From the NCBI GenBank assembly GCA_965649215.1, contig CBFGJZ010000032.1:1-16848 (forward strand): DNA of 16,848 bases, written 5' to 3'. The notes under the pieces are model-generated. The model saw only the letters and a list, made by a program, of their open reading frames with translations. It was not told the DNA's origin and searched no databases. The stretch comes from a candidate division WOR-3 bacterium. GTDB taxonomy: Bacteria; Hydrothermota; Tepidihabitantia; Tepidihabitantales; CAIPLT01. Made by a program: the position numbers and the translations under genes. Numbering within the stretch: the first letter of the stretch is position 1; every line of letters starts with the position of its first letter. Below, in pieces: positions 1 to 7,861 of the stretch.

Positions 1-59
1 ATACGGTTGGTTTGATTGGTTAAGATTATTTGATTAGGGATTGTGTTCTCTTCAGGCAT
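1..59 (-). CDS. 5' end of an unidentified protein (MPEENTIPNQIILTNQTNR...), runs off the left edge
   Basis: ATG at 59-57 preceded by SD-like AAAGGAG (70-64). The frame stays open to the window edge and lies directly downstream of the tRNA operon. Too short to assign a function. Confidence 0.55.
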   Translation of the reverse strand, partial: MPEENTIPNQIILTNQTNR

Positions 60-84
60 AATACTCCTTTCGATACTAATTTTA

Positions 85-158
85 TACCCCGCGTAGGAGT
101 TGAACCTACAACCCACGGATTAAGAATCCGTTGCTCTGCCAGATTGAGCTAGCGGGGC
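85..158 (-). tRNA. tRNA-Lys(CTT)
   Basis: Reverse complement GCCCCGCTAGCTCAATCTGGCAGAGCAACGGATTCTTAATCCGTGGGTTGTAGGTTCAACTCCTACGCGGGGTA. Full cloverleaf, anticodon arm ACGGA-TT CTT AA-TCCGT, discriminator A, no CCA. Confidence 0.93.
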
Positions 159-169
159 ATAGATAAAAA

Positions 170-243
170 CGCGCCCGGCGTGACTCGAACACGCAACCTA
201 CGGGTTCGAAGCCCGGCACTCTATCCAATTGAGCTACGGGCGC
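170..243 (-). tRNA. tRNA-Arg(TCG)
   Basis: Reverse complement GCGCCCGTAGCTCAATTGGATAGAGTGCCGGGCTTCGAACCCGTAGGTTGCGTGTTCGAGTCACGCCGGGCGCG. Anticodon loop CT TCG AA, Arg identity A20 (GGATA), no CCA. Confidence 0.93.
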
Positions 244-246
244 AAG

Positions 247-322
247 GGTGAGTGAGGGGACTTGAACCCCCAGCATCCTGAGCCACAGTCAGGTGCTCTA
301 ACCAAATTGAGCTACACTCACC
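247..322 (-). tRNA. tRNA-His(GTG)
   Basis: Reverse complement GGTGAGTGTAGCTCAATTTGGTTAGAGCACCTGACTGTGGCTCAGGATGCTGGGGGTTCAAGTCCCCTCACTCACC. Encoded G-1:C73 pair typical of His, anticodon arm CCTGA-CT GTG GC-TCAGG. Confidence 0.95.
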
Positions 323-331
323 GATTTAAAC

Positions 332-396
332 TTAATACAGGGACACTGAACCACTATTAAAACCTAAATTTTATTAGTTCAGATACTCTGCATTAA
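332..396. repeat. Imperfect inverted repeat (long hairpin) in the tRNA-Arg/tRNA-His spacer
   Basis: Minus strand TTAATGCAG..CTGAACTA..TAAAAT-TTAG-GTTTTA..TGGTTCAG..CTGTATTAA forms three nested helices (9, 8 and 6 bp, each with one G-U pair). Confidence 0.7.
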
Positions 397-403
397 TTTT
401 TAC

Positions 404-477
<74 letters not shown>

Positions 478-481
478 CAAA

Positions 482-557
482 TCGGGGAGACTGGATTTGA
501 ACCAGCGACCCCCACGTCCCAAGCGTGGTGCGCTAAACCGAGCTGCGCTACTCCCCG
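482..557 (-). tRNA. tRNA-Pro(TGG)
   Basis: Reverse complement CGGGGAGTAGCGCAGCTCGGTTTAGCGCACCACGCTTGGGACGTGGGGGTCGCTGGTTCAAATCCAGTCTCCCCGA. C1-G72 and A73 typical of Pro, anticodon TGG. Confidence 0.95.
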
Positions 558-569
558 TTATAATATAAT

Positions 570-597
570 AATATACTCTATATTTACACGATGTCAA
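570..597 (-). promoter_or_regulatory. Sigma70-type promoter of the tRNA operon
   Basis: TTGACA (597-592), 16 bp, TATATT (575-570), ending 12 bp before tRNA-Pro, with an A/T-rich upstream tract. TATTAT at 18-bp spacing is an alternative -10. Confidence 0.75.
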
Positions 598-634
598 GAA
601 AATATTCTGTTAAAGAAAATATTGTAAGATAATT

Positions 635-1777
635 TTATTCCGCAATAACAAAGTTTATCTGGGGATTATTTAGATGCTGATAAGTCTCTTGATACACTTT
701 TTGCATGTGTTGGATATTTTCTGATGATAAATATGGATAATTTGCCTGATTAAAAATAGTATTTTTAGAAAGAGGTAAAATTCTAAATTTATACGATTGC
801 TTTTCTAAATATTTAGCATTCCAGGTGGGTATATAGCTTATCTCTTTTAGATAAACCGAATCTTGTTCTTTTACAATTGTATATTTAAGCATTACTCCAG
901 CATCGCAATAATGCATTCTTTGCCCACAAAAGAAATTACCTAACGAATAAGCTACATATACCTTTTTCGCAGTTAATTCAACAGGTTGAATAACATGGGG
1001 ATGAGAACCAATGATGAGATTTGCACCTGCATTAACAAGCGTGTTTACAGTTTGTCTTTGAAATGTATTCGGATAGCGTTCGTATTCTGTACCAAAGTGT
1101 AAAGCGACAATAATAAAGTCAGATATTTGTTTAGCACGAATAATATCAGATTTGATTTTGTTGGTATCAATAAAATTTATCATCCATGGTTTAGAAACAG
1201 GAATGTCATTCATCCCATAGGTATAGCTTAAGAAAGAGATTTTTAGATTGCCTTTAGTAAAGACATAAATGTTTTGACTTTGTGCTTCAGTTAGGTAAGC
1301 ACCGATTTGGACAATATTGTATTTCTTTAGAATAGCTGTGGTAGTGCGAAGGCCTTTTTCACCATAATCCATCGTGTGATTAGTGCGAAACATAATATCA
1401 AACCCTGCTTCTTTTAAGGCAAAAGCAAGACTTTGGGGAGTTTTAAACGCAGGATAACCAAAATAAGGACCAATGGAATCTAAAACACCACCGAACCAAG
1501 CTGTTGCTAAGTCGGCATTGTTAAGAATCGAGGTAACTTCTTGAAAACAGGGTAAGAAATTATGAAATTTTCTTTCTTGCTCATATACTGCATCCAAAAC
1601 ACTTTTATGAATAAAGATATCACCGACTGATATTATTGTGGCAGTTGAATAGTTTATATTTTGATTTGAATTGTAGATTATCGCTTGTGAGGGAATGATG
1701 CTATTTAAATTTAGGAAAATAAGACTAATTACGGATAATAAAATAAAACGGATACCGCTTTTTTTTACATAAGACAT
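635..1777 (-). CDS. CapA/PgsA family (poly-gamma-glutamate synthesis-like) metallophosphatase with N-terminal signal/anchor
   Basis: Motifs VGDIFIH, GYPAFKTP, AGFD..TNHTMDYG, SYTYGMN, LHFGTEY, IIGSHPHVIQP, YSLGNF; hydrophobic N-terminus. Confidence 0.88.
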   Translation of the reverse strand: MSYVKKSGIRFILLSVISLIFLNLNSIIPSQAIIYNSNQNINYSTATIISVGDIFIHKSVLDAVYEQERKFHNFLPCFQEVTSILNNADLATAWFGGVLDSIGPYFGYPAFKTPQSLAFALKEAGFDIMFRTNHTMDYGEKGLRTTTAILKKYNIVQIGAYLTEAQSQNIYVFTKGNLKISFLSYTYGMNDIPVSKPWMINFIDTNKIKSDIIRAKQISDFIIVALHFGTEYERYPNTFQRQTVNTLVNAGANLIIGSHPHVIQPVELTAKKVYVAYSLGNFFCGQRMHYCDAGVMLKYTIVKEQDSVYLKEISYIPTWNAKYLEKQSYKFRILPLSKNTIFNQANYPYLSSENIQHMQKVYQETYQHLNNPQINFVIAE

Positions 1778-1805
1778 TATTTTAGCCGGGGGACTGGATT
1801 AGTGA

Positions 1806-2207
1806 CTATTTTAAGAGTAGATACTTACTTAAAGTTTTATATAGAATTTGCTTATCAATCGGTTTCGTGATGTAATCATTCATTCCTTTAGCAATTGCGA
1901 TTTGCTCATCTCCTTCCATCGCAAAAGCAGTAATGCCAATAATGGGAATCTCTGAAAATCGTGGTTTTTTTCTTATTTCTTCAGTTGCTCTGTAACCATC
2001 CATAATCGGCATTTGAATGTCCATCAGAATTAAATCATAATGAGGACCATGTTCCAACATACTTAACAGTTCTTTGCCATTATTTGCTATATCAATATTA
2101 AGATTATATTTTTCAAGCATTTTCTTGATTAGTTTTTGATGCTCTGGATTATCTTCAGCTAAAATAATATTATATTTTGATGATAAATTATTAAAATTAA
2201 AAGCCAT
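1806..2207 (-). CDS. Single-domain response regulator (receiver domain of the hybrid-kinase type)
   Basis: LAEDN, ILMDIQMPIMDG (phospho-Asp), IIGITAFA, GMNDYITKP; no output domain. Confidence 0.92.
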   Translation of the reverse strand: MAFNFNNLSSKYNIILAEDNPEHQKLIKKMLEKYNLNIDIANNGKELLSMLEHGPHYDLILMDIQMPIMDGYRATEEIRKKPRFSEIPIIGITAFAMEGDEQIAIAKGMNDYITKPIDKQILYKTLSKYLLLK

Positions 2208-2224
2208 AATTTCTTATGTTAGAA

Positions 2225-5200
2225 TCAGTGTTTACTAATTTTTATTGGAATTTGGATTGTAAATTTTGTACCTTTGCCAATTGTGCTTTGTACCGAAATT
2301 GAACCCTTCATTATGGTTATTAATTCCTTTATGATTGGTAAGCCCAGCCCGGCGCCTCCGTATTTTTTAGAAATATAAAATTCACCTTGGACAAAACGAT
2401 CGAAAATTTGATTAATTCGTTCTTTTTCAATACCAATTCCAGTATCTTTAATATAGAATTCTAAAATTGGTTGTTTTGTTTTACTTTCTTTTTTAATATT
2501 AATATTAAGTTCAATTTCGCCTTGCAGAGTAAATTTTATAGCATTATCAATCAGATTATTAATAATCTGTTCAATTTTAGTGTTATCCGCAATAATTAAG
2601 GCGGGTAGATTAGGTGGTATGGTAAGTTTGAATTTCAAGCCTTTGTTTTGTGCTTGAATTGAATATCTTTTATAGATTGTGTTTGCTAAATCATAGAGAT
2701 TGAATTCTTTTTTATCAATGGTAATTTTACCAGCTTCAATTTTTGATAGTTGGAGTAAGTCGTTGATAATTTTTAGAAGATAATTGCTTGAGTTTTTTAT
2801 AATCTCAAGCATTTCTTTTTTCTCTTTATCAGTTTCTTTCTCTAGCAATAAATTGGTAAAACCGACAATTGATGTTAATGGCGAGCGAAGTTCATGGCTC
2901 ATATTATGTAAGAAAGCGGTTTTGGCTTTATTAGCCTCTTCGGCTGATTCTTTAGCTTGCATTAATGCGGTTTCGAATTGTTTCCGCTCAGTAACATCAT
3001 GAACGAAAGCCACATCAGCAAATGGTTTTCCATTAGTGTCTTTTAATATTTCTGCACTAATTTCAACCGTCAATTCTTTTCCATCAGCTCGGTGTATTTT
3101 TACTTCATAAGGTTTAACTACTTTACCGGCTAATCGGGCTTGCATCTTTTGTAAGATGATATTTATGTCTTCTTTTGAAAATACAGGATAAGAACTAATG
3201 TGTTGCCCAATTTGTTTTTTAGTTAACCCACCCATTTCTAAAATTTTTTTATTGGCATCAATGACGAAACCGGTTGGTGAAAGCACAACAATACCATCAT
3301 TAGAACACTCAAAAAGAGTCCGATAACGGAGTTCGCTCTCTTGTAATGTTTGTTCAGTTTGTTTGCGGACTGTAATGTCTTCAACGACTCCATCATACCA
3401 ATCAATTTTACCTTCTTGGTTACGGTGGGCACGAGCAGTAATTGAAACATAAATTTCCTTGCCGTCTTTTGTCAATTGAACACTTTCAAAATTACGGACT
3501 AAACCATTAGAAACCATTTTTTGAATTAATTTATCACGTTCTTTTGGATATTTATAGAGTTTTTCAATCGGTACTTTTTTGAGTTCATCAGGTGATTTAT
3601 AACCAAATATTTTAGCCATCATTGGATTAACTTCAAGAAATTTACCATCAGGGGTACTACGATAAACACCGATATTAACATTATTGACTAAACTTCGGTA
3701 TTTTTCTTCACTTGCTATAAGTAATGTTTGCTGTTTTTTACGCTCAGTTATGTCATCAGCCAAAATCATCAAAGCGAGTTGATTTTGATAAGGAAAGATT
3801 CTAGCAGATACTTCGACATCAATAATTGAACCATCAATACGAATAAATTTTTGTTCTTGAATTGGTGGTAATTTATTGTATTTTACCATTTGAGTGATAT
3901 TATTTTTAACTTGCGTATGATAGTCAGGATGGACAAATCTCAATGCTGATTGGCCGATAATTTGTTGAGCGGATTTTGCTCCCAATATTTTAATTGCGGC
4001 TGGGTTAACAAAAAGAATTTTCGTGTCTAAAGCAACAATCGCAATGCCGACTTTGGAAAGTTCCACTAAAGTACGATATTTTTGCTCACTTTCTTTTAAG
4101 GTTTGTTCATATTGCTTACGCTCGGTAATGTCCTCCAGCACACCATCATACCAATCAATTTTCCCTTCTGGATTATAATGTGCTTGAGCTGTTAAAGAAC
4201 AAATAATTTTAGTACCATCTTTACGTTTACTTACTAATTCAAAATTTTTAATGAATCCTTGTTTTTGAAGTGATTTTAATACTTTCGGTCGTAAAGTAGG
4301 TTCGTAATATAAATCCGATACTTTTATTTTTTTGATTTCATCAGGAGAGCTGTAACCAAAAATCCTGGCTAAAGCAGGATTTGCTTCAATTATCCTCCCC
4401 TCAGGGGTTGTTCGATATACTCCGATATCGATATTTTCTACTAAAGTACGGTATTTTTGTTCACTTTCTTTTAGGACATTTTGGATAAGTTGACGTTGGT
4501 GGGTTTGAAGTACGACGGCGATACGGTCGGCTACTGAAGCAGCAAAGTTTTGTTCTTCATATGTCCATTTTCGCTGCGGACCAATATGCTCGTGACAAAG
4601 AATACCAACTAATTTACCAGCAATTCGGATTGGTACATCCATCATGGAACTAATGTGATGGGGCTTTAAGTAGTCTTTAGCGAATTCAAAAGTCTCAATA
4701 CTATTGTATACATCACTTACTGCAATCAGACGATTTTGACGTAATGCATGAAAATAATAAGGATAGTTTTGAGCATAGAGAATTGTACCTTGTTCATGCG
4801 CATTTTTACTTTTAATATAAAGGTCTTGACAATGAATTTCACTTTGGTCATCACTCAGTAGCCAAAAACCAACACGTTCAACATTTAAAGTGTGGGCATC
4901 AATTTCTAATATTTGTTTAATAGTATTAGTTATATCACTGAAAGGAACTTGAGCAAGTTTTAGGAGAGCTGATTGATAATGTAATGTCTTTGCAATTTCT
5001 TCTTGTTGATGTTGAATAGTGAGTTTTTGTTCAGTTATATCACTAATAATACTAATTACCCTTACGGTTTTACCATTTTCTAAAATTGGTGCCAATGAAT
5101 GATGAATCCATTTTAGTTTTTTACGTTTGGTTAAAATCCGATATTCGATGGCATTACTTATTTTGCGTCTTATTGTTTGGCGATAAGTTTTTCTAACAAG

Positions 5201-6205
5201 TTGATTGTCTTCGGGATAATAAATTCTGTAGATTTTACCAACTAAGTCTTGGGGTCTAAACCCAATAACCTTAGTTGCGGCAGGGCTTAAATATTCTATT
5301 GTACTGTCAGGTTTGGTTATCATAATAACATCATGAGAACACTCCACAGTTTTTCGAAAACGTTGTTCCGAGAGAATTAATTTTTGTTCAATTTTTTTAC
5401 GGTGGGTTATATCTTCAAGAATCCCATCAATCCATTCAATTTCCCGCCTTTTATTCAAGTACGCATGGGCATTAATCAAAACAGTTAAAGCTTTGCCATT
5501 TTTACGCTTCAACGATAATTCATATGCTGTAACCAAAGAATTTTTTTTCAATTTTCTTAATAAGCGTTTGTAATCTTGGGGATCTGTAAAGAATGAACTG
5601 AATTTGTGTTTGATTAGTTGTTTGGTTGAGCGAAAACCAAGTATTTTGAATAAGGCGGGATTATTTTCAATAAAGCTACCATCTGCTGTAATTCGAAAAA
5701 TGCCAGCCTTAATATTTTTAACAAGTGATTCGTATTGTGCTTCGCTCTGTCGTAATGCTTGAGCTAAAGTCTTCGATTCAGTAATATCACGAAAGATATG
5801 GACAGAACCGATAAATTTTTTTCTATTATCTAAAATTGGGTCAATAATTAATTGGTAATAGCGTCTACCAATTTGGATTTCTGTGTTTGCTCGTTTTTTT
5901 GTCTTTTTGGTTTTTACCGCTAAACATTTATTTATACTTTTCCCTGAACAATAACTTACCTGCCAACAAAAAGTATTTCTTAATTTGTATTTGTTAATTT
6001 TTGGTCGTATAATTTTACGGACCGCTTTATTCCACAATTGAATACGATATTTGTGGTCTGTGATTATTACTGGATCTTTTAAGAAATCAAGTAATTCCTG
6101 CTGTTGAGCAAGGATTTTCCGAATAGTTTTTTTGATTTGTTGTGGTGAAGTAGTTTTAGTTATCGGAATGACAAACCTCGGTTTCTGAAATGTTAAAAAT
6201 TTCAT
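2225..6205 (-). CDS. Cytoplasmic multi-sensor histidine kinase: about 7 PAS/PAC + GAF + HisKA + HATPase_c
   Basis: Repeated SE.KYR.LVE ... D(I/V)TERK PAS boundaries; GAF (LNVERVGFW...DVPIRIAGKLVGILCHEH); H-box NMSHELRSPL; N-box QIINNLIDNAIKFT; G1 DTGIGI; F-box IFDRFVQ; G2 GAGLGL. No transmembrane helix apparent. Confidence 0.95.
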   Translation of the reverse strand: MKFLTFQKPRFVIPITKTTSPQQIKKTIRKILAQQQELLDFLKDPVIITDHKYRIQLWNKAVRKIIRPKINKYKLRNTFCWQVSYCSGKSINKCLAVKTKKTKKRANTEIQIGRRYYQLIIDPILDNRKKFIGSVHIFRDITESKTLAQALRQSEAQYESLVKNIKAGIFRITADGSFIENNPALFKILGFRSTKQLIKHKFSSFFTDPQDYKRLLRKLKKNSLVTAYELSLKRKNGKALTVLINAHAYLNKRREIEWIDGILEDITHRKKIEQKLILSEQRFRKTVECSHDVIMITKPDSTIEYLSPAATKVIGFRPQDLVGKIYRIYYPEDNQLVRKTYRQTIRRKISNAIEYRILTKRKKLKWIHHSLAPILENGKTVRVISIISDITEQKLTIQHQQEEIAKTLHYQSALLKLAQVPFSDITNTIKQILEIDAHTLNVERVGFWLLSDDQSEIHCQDLYIKSKNAHEQGTILYAQNYPYYFHALRQNRLIAVSDVYNSIETFEFAKDYLKPHHISSMMDVPIRIAGKLVGILCHEHIGPQRKWTYEEQNFAASVADRIAVVLQTHQRQLIQNVLKESEQKYRTLVENIDIGVYRTTPEGRIIEANPALARIFGYSSPDEIKKIKVSDLYYEPTLRPKVLKSLQKQGFIKNFELVSKRKDGTKIICSLTAQAHYNPEGKIDWYDGVLEDITERKQYEQTLKESEQKYRTLVELSKVGIAIVALDTKILFVNPAAIKILGAKSAQQIIGQSALRFVHPDYHTQVKNNITQMVKYNKLPPIQEQKFIRIDGSIIDVEVSARIFPYQNQLALMILADDITERKKQQTLLIASEEKYRSLVNNVNIGVYRSTPDGKFLEVNPMMAKIFGYKSPDELKKVPIEKLYKYPKERDKLIQKMVSNGLVRNFESVQLTKDGKEIYVSITARAHRNQEGKIDWYDGVVEDITVRKQTEQTLQESELRYRTLFECSNDGIVVLSPTGFVIDANKKILEMGGLTKKQIGQHISSYPVFSKEDINIILQKMQARLAGKVVKPYEVKIHRADGKELTVEISAEILKDTNGKPFADVAFVHDVTERKQFETALMQAKESAEEANKAKTAFLHNMSHELRSPLTSIVGFTNLLLEKETDKEKKEMLEIIKNSSNYLLKIINDLLQLSKIEAGKITIDKKEFNLYDLANTIYKRYSIQAQNKGLKFKLTIPPNLPALIIADNTKIEQIINNLIDNAIKFTLQGEIELNINIKKESKTKQPILEFYIKDTGIGIEKERINQIFDRFVQGEFYISKKYGGAGLGLPIIKELITIMKGSISVQSTIGKGTKFTIQIPIKISKH

Positions 6206-6260
6206 TTTGTTAATTTTTATTATTGAATAATCATTTTAATTGTACTCAATATTGTATAAG

Positions 6261-6288
6261 ATAATACACTGCCGTACGTTTTTGTCAA
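6261..6288 (-). promoter_or_regulatory. Sigma70-type promoter for the kinase-receiver(-capA) genes
   Basis: TTGACA (6288-6283), 16 bp, TATTAT (6266-6261), about 55 bp upstream of the kinase ATG. Confidence 0.6.
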
Positions 6289-6500
6289 GGATAAATTTTA
6301 ATTATGTCATTTCTTTGTGTTATTTGCTAACCATATAATAATTAATTAGTTATTATTGGCTATTAAAGAAAATACAAAATTATATATTAAAATATAAATT
6401 AATACATTGATAAGGGTAATAGAAATAAACATAATTTTGATTGATAACATTTGAATATTGGAGACGTTTTTTATCGTGATATTATTAATTGTAGACAAAC

Positions 6501-6529
6501 TTGACGAACTTCTGTATTTACCATAAAAT
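6501..6529 (+). promoter_or_regulatory. Sigma70-type promoter of ispF (probably leaderless)
   Basis: TTGACG (6501-6506), 17 bp, TAAAAT (6524-6529); GTG start follows 7 nt later. Confidence 0.7.
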
Positions 6530-6536
6530 AGTCTTT

Positions 6537-7046
6537 GTGAAAGTTGGATATCGAATCGGAATTGGCTTTGACGCTCATCGTTTTGCAGAGAAACGAAAAT
6601 TCATTTTAGGAGGGGTTACAATTAAATATGAAAAAGGATTATTAGGACATTCAGACGCAGATGTATTGTGTCATGCCATTGCAGATGCGTTATTGGGAGC
6701 AATAGGACAAAAAGATATTGGGCAACATTTTCCAGATAGTGATAAAAAATTTAAAGACATTTCTTCCTTAAAAATTCTATCGCAAGTATTAACAATGATT
6801 ACCAAATTAAGTTATAAAATAATAAACATAGATGCAATTATAATTTGTCAAACTCCAAAACTTAATCCCTATTTTTCAAAGATGAAAAAGAATTTAGCAA
6901 AGATACTAAGAATAAGAGAATGGCAAATTGGATTAAAAGCAAAAACAACGGAAGGAATGGGGTTTATTGGACAAAAACAAGGTGTTGCCGCCTATGCAAT
7001 TGCTCTCGTAGAAAAAACGCCCAAAGATATGATAATAAAAAAATAA
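6537..7046 (+). CDS. ispF: 2-C-methyl-D-erythritol 2,4-cyclodiphosphate synthase
   Basis: RIGIGFDAHRF, ILGGV, GHSDADVLCHAIADALLGA, DIGQHFPD, KAKTTEGMGF. Start moved from TTG 6501 (the -35 box) to GTG 6537, which matches the family N-terminus. Confidence 0.96.
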   Translation: MKVGYRIGIGFDAHRFAEKRKFILGGVTIKYEKGLLGHSDADVLCHAIADALLGAIGQKDIGQHFPDSDKKFKDISSLKILSQVLTMITKLSYKIINIDAIIICQTPKLNPYFSKMKKNLAKILRIREWQIGLKAKTTEGMGFIGQKQGVAAYAIALVEKTPKDMIIKK

Positions 7047-7165
7047 CTTTTTAAGATGGTTTACTCAAAGGTCAATTTATTAAAACTGTTTCATAATAAT
7101 CTAACAATGACTCAGACCAGATTTTTTTAGTAGCTATTGTGGAAATTAAATTTTAATTTAATTTT

Positions 7166-7825
7166 ATGTTACCATTAAGAGATGATATTCCCTCCAGTAA
7201 ACGTCCTTTAGTAACATACGGATTGGTTATGGTTAATGTTTTAGTTTTTATCTATCAATTGTCATTGGGTCGGGAAATGCAATATTTTGTGATTAATTAT
7301 GGGATGATCCCTGTTAATATTTTAGCTGGTAGCAGCTTATATACTCTTTTTACTTCTATGTTTATGCATGGCAATTTTGCCCATATCTTAGGTAATATGC
7401 TTTATTTATGGATTTTTGGTGATAATGTCGAAGATGTGTTGGGTAAATTTTACTTTATTTTAATGTATTTGTTAGCCGGATTGGTGGGTAGTTTCGCTCA
7501 TATTTTAGTTTCTCCTAATTCGACAATTCCAACTATTGGAGCTTCAGGTGCAGTGTCTGGAGTGCTCGGGTGCTATATGGTATTATATCCTAAGGCACGA
7601 GTTTTAGCATTAGTGCCGATTGTTTTTTTCTTACGCATTATAATGTTACCTGCTTATGTTTTTCTGGGTTTCTGGATATTTTTACAATTATTATATGGTT
7701 TTGGTTCTATCGGTGGTGGAGCTGGAGTTGCTTATTTCGCACATATTGGCGGGTTTGTAGTGGGAATTTTATTTGGTATTATCTTTCGTCGTCGACTAGT
7801 TCGTTTTAGTTACGAAATCTATTGA
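7166..7825 (+). CDS. Rhomboid family intramembrane serine protease
   Basis: MLPLRDD start, TSMFMHG..HILGNMLYLWIFGDNVED, catalytic GASGAVSG and AHIGGF; multiple hydrophobic helices. Confidence 0.94.
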   Translation: MLPLRDDIPSSKRPLVTYGLVMVNVLVFIYQLSLGREMQYFVINYGMIPVNILAGSSLYTLFTSMFMHGNFAHILGNMLYLWIFGDNVEDVLGKFYFILMYLLAGLVGSFAHILVSPNSTIPTIGASGAVSGVLGCYMVLYPKARVLALVPIVFFLRIIMLPAYVFLGFWIFLQLLYGFGSIGGGAGVAYFAHIGGFVVGILFGIIFRRRLVRFSYEIY

Positions 7826-7861
7826 TTTTAATTATTTTATTGCGAACATACTTTCTGAAGA

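Noticed and set aside
2205..2230. Stop-codon readthrough or selenocysteine fusing the kinase to the receiver
   Set aside because: The TGA is followed two codons later by an in-frame TAA, the receiver is in another frame, and no SECIS-like hairpin is present.
2784..3450. Short ORFs 2784-3002 (+) and 3238-3450 (-)
   Set aside because: Antisense or out-of-frame shadows inside the histidine kinase, with no motifs or RBS.
6290..6500. Very AT-rich divergent intergenic region as an origin, ncRNA or small peptide gene (e.g. MSFLCVIC at 6304-6330)
   Set aside because: No DnaA-box array, stable structure or RBS seen; consistent with ordinary promoter-upstream DNA.
7143..7159. Palindrome AAATTAAA-T-TTTAATTT before the rhomboid start
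   Set aside because: Pure A/T low-complexity sequence, expected by chance at this base composition.
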